Shown: one piece after another, positions 47,196 to 55,702 of the stretch
Position numbering within the stretch: the stretch's first letter is position 1
Layout: each line of letters opens with the position of its first letter
Source: Acidobacteriota bacterium
GTDB lineage: Bacteria > Acidobacteriota > UBA6911 > RPQK01 > JAJDTT01
Reading direction: 5' to 3'
Length of the DNA stretch: 64,000 bases
NCBI GenBank assembly: GCA_965209055.1
Contig: OZ242374.1
Location: forward strand, 4,160,001 to 4,224,000
Notes under the pieces: generated by a model
Databases searched by the model: none
What the model was told of the DNA's origin: nothing
The model's input: only the letters and a program-made list of their open reading frames with translations
Translations under genes and position numbers: made by a program

Positions 47196-49762
47196 CCTCG
47201 AAAAAGGAATTCGTTTGACGCGAACACGGAATGACAGTAGCGCGCCCAGGCTCGCAGGCGCAGATCGTCAGGCGCCCCCGGCAGACGGCCCAGCTTCTCT
47301 TCGAAATTCGCGATGAAATTCAGAGCCTGCTCCACCTCCTGCTTTGTCGCGCGCCGGTTCAAGGCTTGCAGGAAAAAATCGGAGACCCGCGTTTCGTCGT
47401 CCGGCCCCCCGTCCTCCAGGAGGGTGCGGGCCGTCAGCAGAGCCTGCTCCCGGAGGAAGGGTGAATTCAAAAGATAGAGGCTCTGCGTGGGGACAGTGGT
47501 GACCGACCGGGCTCCGATGGTCTGATCGGGATCGGGGAAATCGAAAAGATTCAGCAGGTCGAGCTGCGGGAGTTGATTCTTGCGCACCGACGGCAGGTAG
47601 ATCGTTCGACGATTCAGAATCTCGTCGTTCACCCTGGCGTCCTGAGTCAGAGCCGTCGGGAAACCCAACGCGATACTTTCGGGGATATCCAGGGGCAGGG
47701 TAGGGCCTCCCCGGGTGCGGTCCAGTGCTCCGCTGATGGCCAGGACGGCATCACGATAGGATTCCGCCTCCAGCCGGCGCCGATTGGCCCGCCACAGCAG
47801 GCGGTTGTCCGGGTCAACCTCGTGGCCTTTCAGATTGTGACTGCTGGCCTGGCGGTAGGTCCGCGTGAGAACGATCTCCCGGATCATCCCCTTGACGGAC
47901 CATCCCAGCTCGACAAAGCGGGAGGCGAGGTGGTCGAGCAGTTCCGGATGGCTGGGAGGCTCTCCGCCGGCACCGAAGTTGTCGACCGTACGGACCAGGC
48001 CGGCGCCGAAAAGATGATGCCAGATCCGGTTGACCATGACTCTGGCCAGCAGGCGGTTCTGCGGGTCGATGAGCCACTCGGCCAACTCCAGGCGGCCGCT
48101 CGATTTCTGGAAACCCTCGTAGAGCCCTTTCAGATTTCGATGGCTGTCGATGCGGCCGGCCTTGGCGGGCGAAGCGACTGAGAGAAACGCCCTGGGAACC
48201 TCTTCGCCGAGATTGTGCGGGTCCCCGCCGATGTTGACGCGACAGTCTTTGGGGACCGGCCGATCCTGGACGGCAATGGCCATCGGCGGACCGGGACGGC
48301 GGAACTCCAGCAGTCTGATCCGGTCCTTCGCTTCCTTGAGCTTCTTGTCGATTTCCTTGATTTCTTTTTCGAGTTCCTCCTTGGCTTCGGTTCCTGCCTC
48401 TTCGAGCGCTTTCTGCCGGTCGGTCAGGCGCTTCTTTTCAGTTTCGACGGCTTCATATTCCCTCAGGAACCTGTCCAGAGCCCCCTGATATTCCTCCGTG
48501 GCGAGGGCGCGCTTCCTCATCTCGGACGGGGTCTCCGGCAGCAACACCCGGTTGACGTCGCTGAAGCCGCCGCTCATGCGGCCGTTGAGCGTTCGAGTGC
48601 TGCGGAAGATTCCCGCCAATGCGTAGTACTCGCGGGTGGGGATGGGATCGAATTTGTGATCGTGGCAGCGGGCGCAACCGAGGGTCAAGCCTTGAAGGGC
48701 CCGGCCCAGGGTGTCGAGTTGTTGGTCCACGACATCCATGCGGAGTTTTTCTTTGTCGGAATCCACCACGGCCCAAGGCCCGATGGCCAGGAAACCCGTG
48801 GCCACGAGTTGCTCCCGGCGCTGGTCGTCGGTCTTCCAGGGGAGGACGTCGCCTGAGATCTGCTCTTGGACGAAGCGGTCGTAACGCTTGTCGGAATTGA
48901 AGGCGTTGATAACGTAGTCGCGATATCTCCAGGCCTCCCTTGCCGGAATGCGGCGGCCCTGGCCCAGACTGTCGGCGTAGCTGGTCAGATCGAGCCAGTG
49001 CCGACCCCAGCGCTCGCCGAATCCGGGGGATCTTAGAAGGCGGTCGATGACCTTTTCGAAGGCGAGTCCGGAATCGTCCGTGGCGAAGGACTCCATGTCT
49101 TCGGGTTCCGGAGGGAGACCGGTGAGGTCGAAGTAAACCCGCCGTAAGAGCGTGTACCAGTCAGCCTCGGAAGAGGGGCTCAGATCCTCGGCCTCCAGTT
49201 TCTGAAGAATGAAGTTGTCGATAGGATCGGCGGGCCAGAATTTGTCCCGGACCGGGGGAGGGAACACCTTCTGCACCGGCTTCCAGGCCCAGTGGCTATG
49301 ACTGGCGGCCAAGTTGGCTTGCTCGGCGGGGCCCTTGTCTCCAACAGTCTTCTCCAGATCCGTCCAGGGTGCGCCCATCTCGACCCATTGGACCAACACA
49401 TGGATCTGGTCCTCCGACAACCTACCAGCCGGAGGCATTTCGAGGTTCTCGTAACGGACAGCCTGAATGAGCTGGCTTGCGTCCGGGTCACCGGGGACGA
49501 TTGCCGGACCTCGAGTGCCTCCATCGAGCAAGGCGTCCCGGCCATCCACCCGCAAGTTCGAGTACAGAACCTTAGCCTGTTCGCTGTGGCACTGGTAGCA
49601 GTTTCTTGCCAACAGCGGCCTGACTTTGGATTCGAAGAAATCAGTCTGTTCGGTTGTGGGCGGGGCTCCGAGCAGAGCACCGCCGGTGAGCAAAAAGATC
49701 CCTAGCCTAGCTGAGAAACTCCGCAAGCTCGGGTGAGAGATGTCTCGTAGGCAGGGGCTCAC
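47192..49762 (-). CDS. Planctomycete cytochrome c / DUF1549 / DUF1553 protein
   Basis: FFESKVRPLLARNCYQCHS, FGERWGRHWLD, CARCHDHKFDP, PSHPELLDHLA, SNEFLF. Confidence 0.88.
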   Translation of the reverse strand: MSPCLRDISHPSLRSFSARLGIFLLTGGALLGAPPTTEQTDFFESKVRPLLARNCYQCHSEQAKVLYSNLRVDGRDALLDGGTRGPAIVPGDPDASQLIQAVRYENLEMPPAGRLSEDQIHVLVQWVEMGAPWTDLEKTVGDKGPAEQANLAASHSHWAWKPVQKVFPPPVRDKFWPADPIDNFILQKLEAEDLSPSSEADWYTLLRRVYFDLTGLPPEPEDMESFATDDSGLAFEKVIDRLLRSPGFGERWGRHWLDLTSYADSLGQGRRIPAREAWRYRDYVINAFNSDKRYDRFVQEQISGDVLPWKTDDQRREQLVATGFLAIGPWAVVDSDKEKLRMDVVDQQLDTLGRALQGLTLGCARCHDHKFDPIPTREYYALAGIFRSTRTLNGRMSGGFSDVNRVLLPETPSEMRKRALATEEYQGALDRFLREYEAVETEKKRLTDRQKALEEAGTEAKEELEKEIKEIDKKLKEAKDRIRLLEFRRPGPPMAIAVQDRPVPKDCRVNIGGDPHNLGEEVPRAFLSVASPAKAGRIDSHRNLKGLYEGFQKSSGRLELAEWLIDPQNRLLARVMVNRIWHHLFGAGLVRTVDNFGAGGEPPSHPELLDHLASRFVELGWSVKGMIREIVLTRTYRQASSHNLKGHEVDPDNRLLWRANRRRLEAESYRDAVLAISGALDRTRGGPTLPLDIPESIALGFPTALTQDARVNDEILNRRTIYLPSVRKNQLPQLDLLNLFDFPDPDQTIGARSVTTVPTQSLYLLNSPFLREQALLTARTLLEDGGPDDETRVSDFFLQALNRRATKQEVEQALNFIANFEEKLGRLPGAPDDLRLRAWARYCHSVFASNEFLFRG

Positions 49763-50559
49763 CTGAAATCACCTCCCGGAGTCTGTCCGGCAAGGCTGGG
49801 ATAAGCAGAAAAGGCAATGCACGGTAGATGACTGTGGAAATACTACCTTGAACGCCGGATTCCGACAACTGCTTGTGTACTAAGGACATCCGACCATCCA
49901 AGTGTTGATTTGAACAATATGGGTCTTGCTCGAACCGATTTGATGCCCTGCCGACCGGCGTCGGGAATCGAGCCGAATCAAGTTTTCAGCTCCGAGCAAC
50001 GGCGAGGGGATGTTGGTCGCTGGCCTTGGCCTACGGGTTCAGACGGCTACCTTCTCTTCGATGCTTGCTCAAACCCGTTCGACGACCGGCCGGGCGAAGG
50101 GTTCCCGACCACACGTGTCGGATCACCGAAAGAGACAATTCTCTTGGCAAAGCTGCATGTGTGGTAGCCGCAGAAAACCAGGACGGTCCATCCGTACAAA
50201 TGTTCTCCACTCACATCAAGGCCCAACATACTCTTTATGCCGCATTTGGGGCACTGGGCATTCCAGTACTCCCGTGCCACGTCGCGAAACCACTCGGCGT
50301 CCGCTCTATGGTCAATACTCCACGACTGTGACTCGTCCAGACCCTTGCCCTCCACCGTCCAGACACGCCGGGACATGATCTTCACACTAACTCTTTCCAC
50401 CTCTAATCCCACCTTCGTCCCTCCTCTTGATGCTTCTCCTTCGCGGCCATCTCGTAATCGATTGTGATTGGACTGTTTTCGCAGGAATGGAGACACCACT
50501 GCATCCAAACGCGCCTTCCCACTCTCGTTCCACGCCCTTGCGACACTGCGATGATCGGC

Positions 50560-50765
50560 AAGGACTGCACCGCCTTTCGTTTCGACCACGCAGTGCGCCC
50601 GCACGGACCCGTCGGCAACGACCAGAATAGACCCGTCCGGGTTGGCGTGGTTCAGGGCGGCCGGGCCGCGACCTTCTCGGAAGGGTTGGTGTAAACGCTG
50701 ACCGCGGCGTTCTTCGCGAGCCGATCGGCGAGACCGGCGTCGACGGCAGACTCGTTGACGACCGG
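50560..50765 (-). pseudogene. Probable relic of a type III restriction endonuclease (Res) C-terminal nuclease domain
   Basis: Two frames joined by a frameshift near 50655 read VVNESAVDAGLADRLAKNAAVSVYT...PP / LNHANPDGSILVVADGSVRAHCVVETKGG. This resembles, from memory, the Res pattern F...LEKNE.V.VY.KLP......TP.G.YNPDW..........FVVETK. Confidence 0.45.
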
Positions 50766-50770
50766 GGCAG

Positions 50771-52384
50771 CTAAAGCGAGTTGAGAAACGCCAACAGGGC
50801 ATCCAGTTCGCGCTTGGACAGTTCCTCTACGAACAGGCGCGACTCTTCCGCTTCTCCCCCGTGCCACATGATCGCTTCGAGCAGGTTTCTGGCACGGCCG
50901 TCGTGCAGAAACGAGGTGTGACCGTTCACGACCTTGGTCAGGCCGATGCCCCACAGCGGAGGCGTTCGCCATTCGCTGCCGGTTGCCAGGAAATCCGGCC
51001 GGAAATCGGCCAGTCCCGGCCCCATATCGTGCAACAACATGTCGGTATAAGGACGGATCACCTGGTTGGCCAGCTCGGCGATGGGGAATTCGCCGGTCTT
51101 CAGCGCCGGAACGTGGCAGCCGTGGCAATTGGCCTGGGCAAATATCATCTGTCCCAGTTGGACGTCCGGCGACTCGACGTTGCGCCTGGCCGGAACGGCC
51201 AACGTCTGGATGTAGAAGGTCGCGTCCCCGAGAATGTCCTCGTCGATTTCGGGATCGTCGTCCAACAGGTCGTCCTGGACCTGTCCCGTGGAGCTCTCTT
51301 CAACGAAAATCGGAGAGGTGACGCCGATGTCGTTATGGTACGCCGTCGCCGTTTGCAACCGTAAATTGGGAATGTTCGCCTTCAGCCCGAAACGTCCGAG
51401 CGCTGTCTCTTCCTGCTCTGCGTCCCAAACATAATTGGCCCGTCCTGAAATCCCGTCGCCGTCCGCATCCTCCTCGTCGGCCATCTCCAGGATCGTGTGT
51501 GCCGGTATCGCCTCGAGCAGCCCCCGGCCGAAAACAGGTGGTCCGATCCGAGGGGAGAACAACGTCTCATCCGGCAAATCGTTGAAGGTTTCCACGATGT
51601 GGGAGGGTGTCCGCAAACTCACCTCCACGCCGCTTCCCGGCAATGTGACCGTCTCTTCCTCATAAGTAACGGTCACTGTCCCGTGCGGGTCCGTCCCGAA
51701 GTTAGCCTTCGTGAACAGTTGCGTGCCGAATTCCGGAACCGGAACCGGACCGCCCGTAAGGGGATCGGTCCCGGGCAGGCTCAGACGGAGAAACATGGTG
51801 TCCATTTCCTCGCCGTCCCCGGGCGCGGCGTCTCGCCCGTCCTTCGGGTGACAGTTCTCGCAGGCGGAATGATTGAAGATGGGACCCAACCCGGAATTCA
51901 CCGCCGCCGGGGCCGTGACGAAGATGGCCCCGAAATCCTTGTCACCCTCCCGGTGACGCTTTGCCCCCTCCGGCGACAAGTTCGGCGCCGGCGTAGAGAA
52001 AGAGTTGCTGGTGCGAGTGAAGGTCGTCGTTTCACCGCCCGAGACGGCAGGGTCCAATTCGGCCACGACGATATTCGAGACCGCGTTGAGATGCACATGC
52101 TCCCGGTAGGGGAGAACAGCCATCACATAGCTGTCCAGATCGCCCAACTCCAACGAATGGCTGCGCTGCAGGCCGAGATCGACACCGCGGGCGGGCTGAA
52201 ACTCCGGAAATGGAGCGTAGACGAAGATATAACCTTCGGCCCAGCTCACGGCCGTCCATTCGACCGTGATCGTTGATCCGTCTTGGGAATACGTGAGGAC
52301 AGGTGAGTCGGTCATGGTGAGCCCTACAGTGGCGCTCACCACGACCAAAATTGAGAAAATCGCTATGCAGAGAACGAATTTCAT
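50771..52384 (-). CDS. Di-heme oxidoreductase (DHOR/IrpB-like) with N-terminal Fn3-like domain
   Basis: GLGPIFNHSACENCH, SPRIGPPVFGRGLLEAI, DADGDGISGR, CHGCHVP, EWRTPPLWGIG, LHDGRAR, WHGGE. Confidence 0.88.
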   Translation of the reverse strand: MKFVLCIAIFSILVVVSATVGLTMTDSPVLTYSQDGSTITVEWTAVSWAEGYIFVYAPFPEFQPARGVDLGLQRSHSLELGDLDSYVMAVLPYREHVHLNAVSNIVVAELDPAVSGGETTTFTRTSNSFSTPAPNLSPEGAKRHREGDKDFGAIFVTAPAAVNSGLGPIFNHSACENCHPKDGRDAAPGDGEEMDTMFLRLSLPGTDPLTGGPVPVPEFGTQLFTKANFGTDPHGTVTVTYEEETVTLPGSGVEVSLRTPSHIVETFNDLPDETLFSPRIGPPVFGRGLLEAIPAHTILEMADEEDADGDGISGRANYVWDAEQEETALGRFGLKANIPNLRLQTATAYHNDIGVTSPIFVEESSTGQVQDDLLDDDPEIDEDILGDATFYIQTLAVPARRNVESPDVQLGQMIFAQANCHGCHVPALKTGEFPIAELANQVIRPYTDMLLHDMGPGLADFRPDFLATGSEWRTPPLWGIGLTKVVNGHTSFLHDGRARNLLEAIMWHGGEAEESRLFVEELSKRELDALLAFLNSL

Positions 52385-52419
52385 CGTCAGATAGCGATAC
52401 CTGATGGTTCTCGGTGGAA

Positions 52420-53739
52420 CTACTCGCCCCTCACGTGGTCGAGCAGATCTCCCTCAATCAGTTCCTGCAACGAGCGAACGGCTTCCTGCGCGATTTCGAC
52501 CTGAGCGCGTCCTTCGTCTGTCCCGATCGCGTCCCTGAAGGGATATGGGATCTTCTCAATCTCGCTGATCGCCATCGTGATCTTATCACGCATCTCCTGA
52601 TCCAATTCGGTGTTGGTCCGTTTCACGAGATCGTCCAACCCAGGACCGTCGTGGCGCTGGTAGCGGCCGATGTAGACGTTTTCGACGCCCCTGATATTGT
52701 CGGCAAAGTCCATGATCGAGTTGTAGCTGAACTGGGATTCCACCAGTTCGGTGTTCCTCTCGTCAAAGGGGTCCGCAATCTTGCCGTTACCGACTTCATC
52801 CGCAATGACAGCCATCCCTTCAACCAACTCCTCGAGAGCTGCGGTTGTGTCGGGGTACTCGGGGTTGTCGACTCCGGTATTGACGAACGTTTCGATAAAA
52901 CCGCCGGCCCGCCAGCCATCGGCCAGAGTCCTGGTGGCAGTCGCCAGGTTCTGGGTTGCCGCCACCAGGTATTCTTTCTGCCTCCCGGTCAGTTCAGACG
53001 GGCTCTTGGCGCTGCCGACGCCGAACAGCAGGTATTCGATGGTGTGAAATCCCTTCAGGGTGTCGTCCAGATTGCCCACGAAGTCCTCGGTGAGAGTGTT
53101 GGCGCTGTTCAGCACCTCATCCAAATCGACGCGATTCACGGGCCAACTGTCGATAGCCGGATCGAGTCCCTCCGTAGCCACCGGGCCGAACAGATACGCT
53201 TCCGTCTGCTCCCAGGCTCGCCTGGAATCGCGCCAAGCCTGTTGGGCCGCCAACAGGTTCTCGTCGGTGGTCCGGAAGCTGACGTTGTAGACCGTCTTGA
53301 GCAAAACCGCGGCGCGTCTCTCCAGTTCGGCATAGTCGGCTGCGATGACCGTGTTGGCCACGTTGGTGATGATTTCCGCGTCAGTGGCGTTGGCATCGGC
53401 GGCGTCCACAGACGTCGCGAGGAAAATTTCGATGTTCGACCAATCGCTTTCCTCGTCGCCATTAAACGCAGTGACAGCAGTATAAAAATGCGCCCCCTCC
53501 GTCTGGGTGGTCGCGACTGTTGTGGTATCGGTATCAAAGTCCACGTAGCTGACCGGATCGGAGCCGCTGGGCACCGGCGCGTAGTAGACCCGGTACTTGG
53601 TTGCCCCGATGACGTCGTCCCAATACAGAGTCACCTTCAAACCCTCCTGGGTGACCGACAGCACCGGAGGACGGATCTGAGCCTGGGACCATGAACTGCA
53701 AAGCAGGGCCAGGCTTGCTACCAAAATTACTCGTCTCAT
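52420..53739 (-). CDS. Imelysin family (peptidase M75/IrpA-like) iron-uptake protein with N-terminal Fn3-like domain
   Basis: AQQAWRDSRRAWEQTEAYLFGP, IDSWP, GFHTIEYLL (GxHxxE), ESQFSYNS. Confidence 0.88.
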   Translation of the reverse strand: MRRVILVASLALLCSSWSQAQIRPPVLSVTQEGLKVTLYWDDVIGATKYRVYYAPVPSGSDPVSYVDFDTDTTTVATTQTEGAHFYTAVTAFNGDEESDWSNIEIFLATSVDAADANATDAEIITNVANTVIAADYAELERRAAVLLKTVYNVSFRTTDENLLAAQQAWRDSRRAWEQTEAYLFGPVATEGLDPAIDSWPVNRVDLDEVLNSANTLTEDFVGNLDDTLKGFHTIEYLLFGVGSAKSPSELTGRQKEYLVAATQNLATATRTLADGWRAGGFIETFVNTGVDNPEYPDTTAALEELVEGMAVIADEVGNGKIADPFDERNTELVESQFSYNSIMDFADNIRGVENVYIGRYQRHDGPGLDDLVKRTNTELDQEMRDKITMAISEIEKIPYPFRDAIGTDEGRAQVEIAQEAVRSLQELIEGDLLDHVRGE

Positions 53740-53766
53740 TTCTGATTTCTCCTTTCGATTGATCGA

Positions 53767-55281
53767 TTAATATTCGTAAGCAACGCCTGCTGAAAGAGTG
53801 TTTTCCTTGTTCTCCCTGGAGAGGCCCAATGTCCTCCAGCTATGTCCGAATTTTCCGACGAATCCACGAGCGAACCGGTAGTTGAAGCCAAGCGTCCAGC
53901 TCTCCCGGTCCCACCGGGGGTTCTTGAATATGACCGGCTCCACTTCGTCCATGCTGTCGACCTGGTCGTAACGGACGAACAGGTCGAGCGGTCCGGGATT
54001 GAAGCGGAGACCGCGCCTGAGCCAGCCGGATATGTCGTAGCCGAACTCGACGTAGATCGACTCGGCGGCCTTGGCCACGGGGGAGCGGACGACGCCCAAA
54101 TTGTTGGACAGGCGCCGGTTGGATCGCGACAGCAGGTCGGAATTTCCTAGGACTCCACGGATATATTCCCCGCGCAGGGTGATGGGACCGGTCTCCCAGG
54201 TCCCAAACACCGAGCCGATGTTCACGTGCACGTCGTAGTCGACGTCATCCTTCGGACGATTCTCGGCCGTGTTGCCGCGGTAAAAAGAGACGCCGACCAT
54301 GCTGTTGCCGGTCGGGTGGTAGTTCACATTGAAGACGTAGGCGGGACTCTCGGCCACTTTGTATTCGAACCGCTCTTGAAACCCGCCCCGGATCCAGTTC
54401 GCCGAACTGAATCCCGTGGAGTCCAAGCCATTGACGAACTGCGCCTGGTATTCCAGATAGGTGTTACCGAAAAGCCCGATCTCGCCGAAAATACCGACGC
54501 CGTTTTCGTGCCACGTGACGGGAATCAGCGGGCTGGCCGTCGCATCGCGAGCAGCGGTGAAGTATTCGGACGGCAGGTGGCGTTGGTTGAGCAAACCCAC
54601 AGGAAGGATCAAGTGCCCGAATTTCAGGCTCAGAGGCCGGGAAAACAGGATCTCGGCGTGTGCCTTTTCCAGTTCGACTTCACCGCCTTTTTCAATCTCC
54701 TGTTCGAATTCCCCGAACTCCTCGAAGACGTCGAACTCCATGGCGGCTCCGACGCCCCCATGCTCAATAGCCACTTCCACCTCAACCTTGAACTTGTCGA
54801 AGGGCTGGTATTCGGCTTCGACCAAGATCCGTTCGACATCGGTTCTCGCCCGGCGGTCGGCATGAGTTTCCCAGTCGTAGCTTTCGAAAAAGATGGTCCC
54901 GTAGCCTGAAAACTCCCATTTGGAATCGGCGTCGCCCTTGACGTCCTCCTTGACGGGGGGACCGGGCTTTCTCTCGGCCAATTCTCTGTCGGGCCGGCGC
55001 GGAGCGGGCGTCTCTTGGGTCGGGTGCTCGACCATTCCCTCCACCTGTTTTCGGAGTTCATCCAGCGCCTGTTGCAGAGCGTGGATCTGCTCTTGTTGCG
55101 CTTCGATGATCTGAAGCAATTCCTCAGGATCGGAAATCTTCCGGCTGTCCGGCTCTTCATTTGAGATCGGCGTCTCTCGTTTCTCCTCCGGCGGTGCGGC
55201 AGCCTGAAGTGTCGCAAGGAGCAGAAGAAGGCTCGCCGTTCCCAATACACTCGCCCTCGCCAACGTCTTCTCTCGAACCAT
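53767..55281 (-). CDS. Outer-membrane beta-barrel porin of the iron-uptake operon
   Basis: N-terminal coiled coil, EVAIEHGG.G, EKGGEVELE, PVGLLN..H.P, IPVTWHENG, terminal aromatic YEY. Confidence 0.8.
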   Translation of the reverse strand: MVREKTLARASVLGTASLLLLLATLQAAAPPEEKRETPISNEEPDSRKISDPEELLQIIEAQQEQIHALQQALDELRKQVEGMVEHPTQETPAPRRPDRELAERKPGPPVKEDVKGDADSKWEFSGYGTIFFESYDWETHADRRARTDVERILVEAEYQPFDKFKVEVEVAIEHGGVGAAMEFDVFEEFGEFEQEIEKGGEVELEKAHAEILFSRPLSLKFGHLILPVGLLNQRHLPSEYFTAARDATASPLIPVTWHENGVGIFGEIGLFGNTYLEYQAQFVNGLDSTGFSSANWIRGGFQERFEYKVAESPAYVFNVNYHPTGNSMVGVSFYRGNTAENRPKDDVDYDVHVNIGSVFGTWETGPITLRGEYIRGVLGNSDLLSRSNRRLSNNLGVVRSPVAKAAESIYVEFGYDISGWLRRGLRFNPGPLDLFVRYDQVDSMDEVEPVIFKNPRWDRESWTLGFNYRFARGFVGKFGHSWRTLGLSRENKENTLSAGVAYEY

Positions 55282-55416
55282 GCGTTTACCTTTATTTGGA
55301 TGAGCCGCGAGCAGCGGAAAAGACCACTTACAGCAATACTCTCCGCGTGCCTCCCACAAATTCGCCGAGTCTCGGACGGATTCCCATGACAGGAGGCTTT
55401 TCGGCTGAATTCTCGA

Positions 55417-55500
55417 TGAAAATGAAATGCAATTTCACTAAGGGTGCCCATAGTAGGAAGTTCTTCGGTCAAGTACAAGTGAAATTGAAATCCTATTTCA
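55417..55500. promoter_or_regulatory. Two Fur-box-like palindromes
   Basis: tgaaaatgaaatgcaatttca (55417-55437) and tgaaattgaaatcctatttca (55480-55500); AT-rich dyads upstream of an iron-uptake operon, 13/19 and 11/19 matches to GATAATGATAATCATTATC. Confidence 0.65.
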
Positions 55501-55702
55501 ACTGTAAACGGGCACTTTCCCTGCGGGGCGGCGACCGCCGGCCGCGATGATCAAACGAAAAGCTTCGGCATTTCCAACCGCCGAAACTCCCAATGGGGCC
55601 CGGGGCAGGCGTAAAGGATGGAATGAAATCACCGACGAGCGGACGACGGCGCGACTGGAAATCTCCACTCCGTGTCAGCGGCCGGGTGATCGGACGAGAT
55701 GC

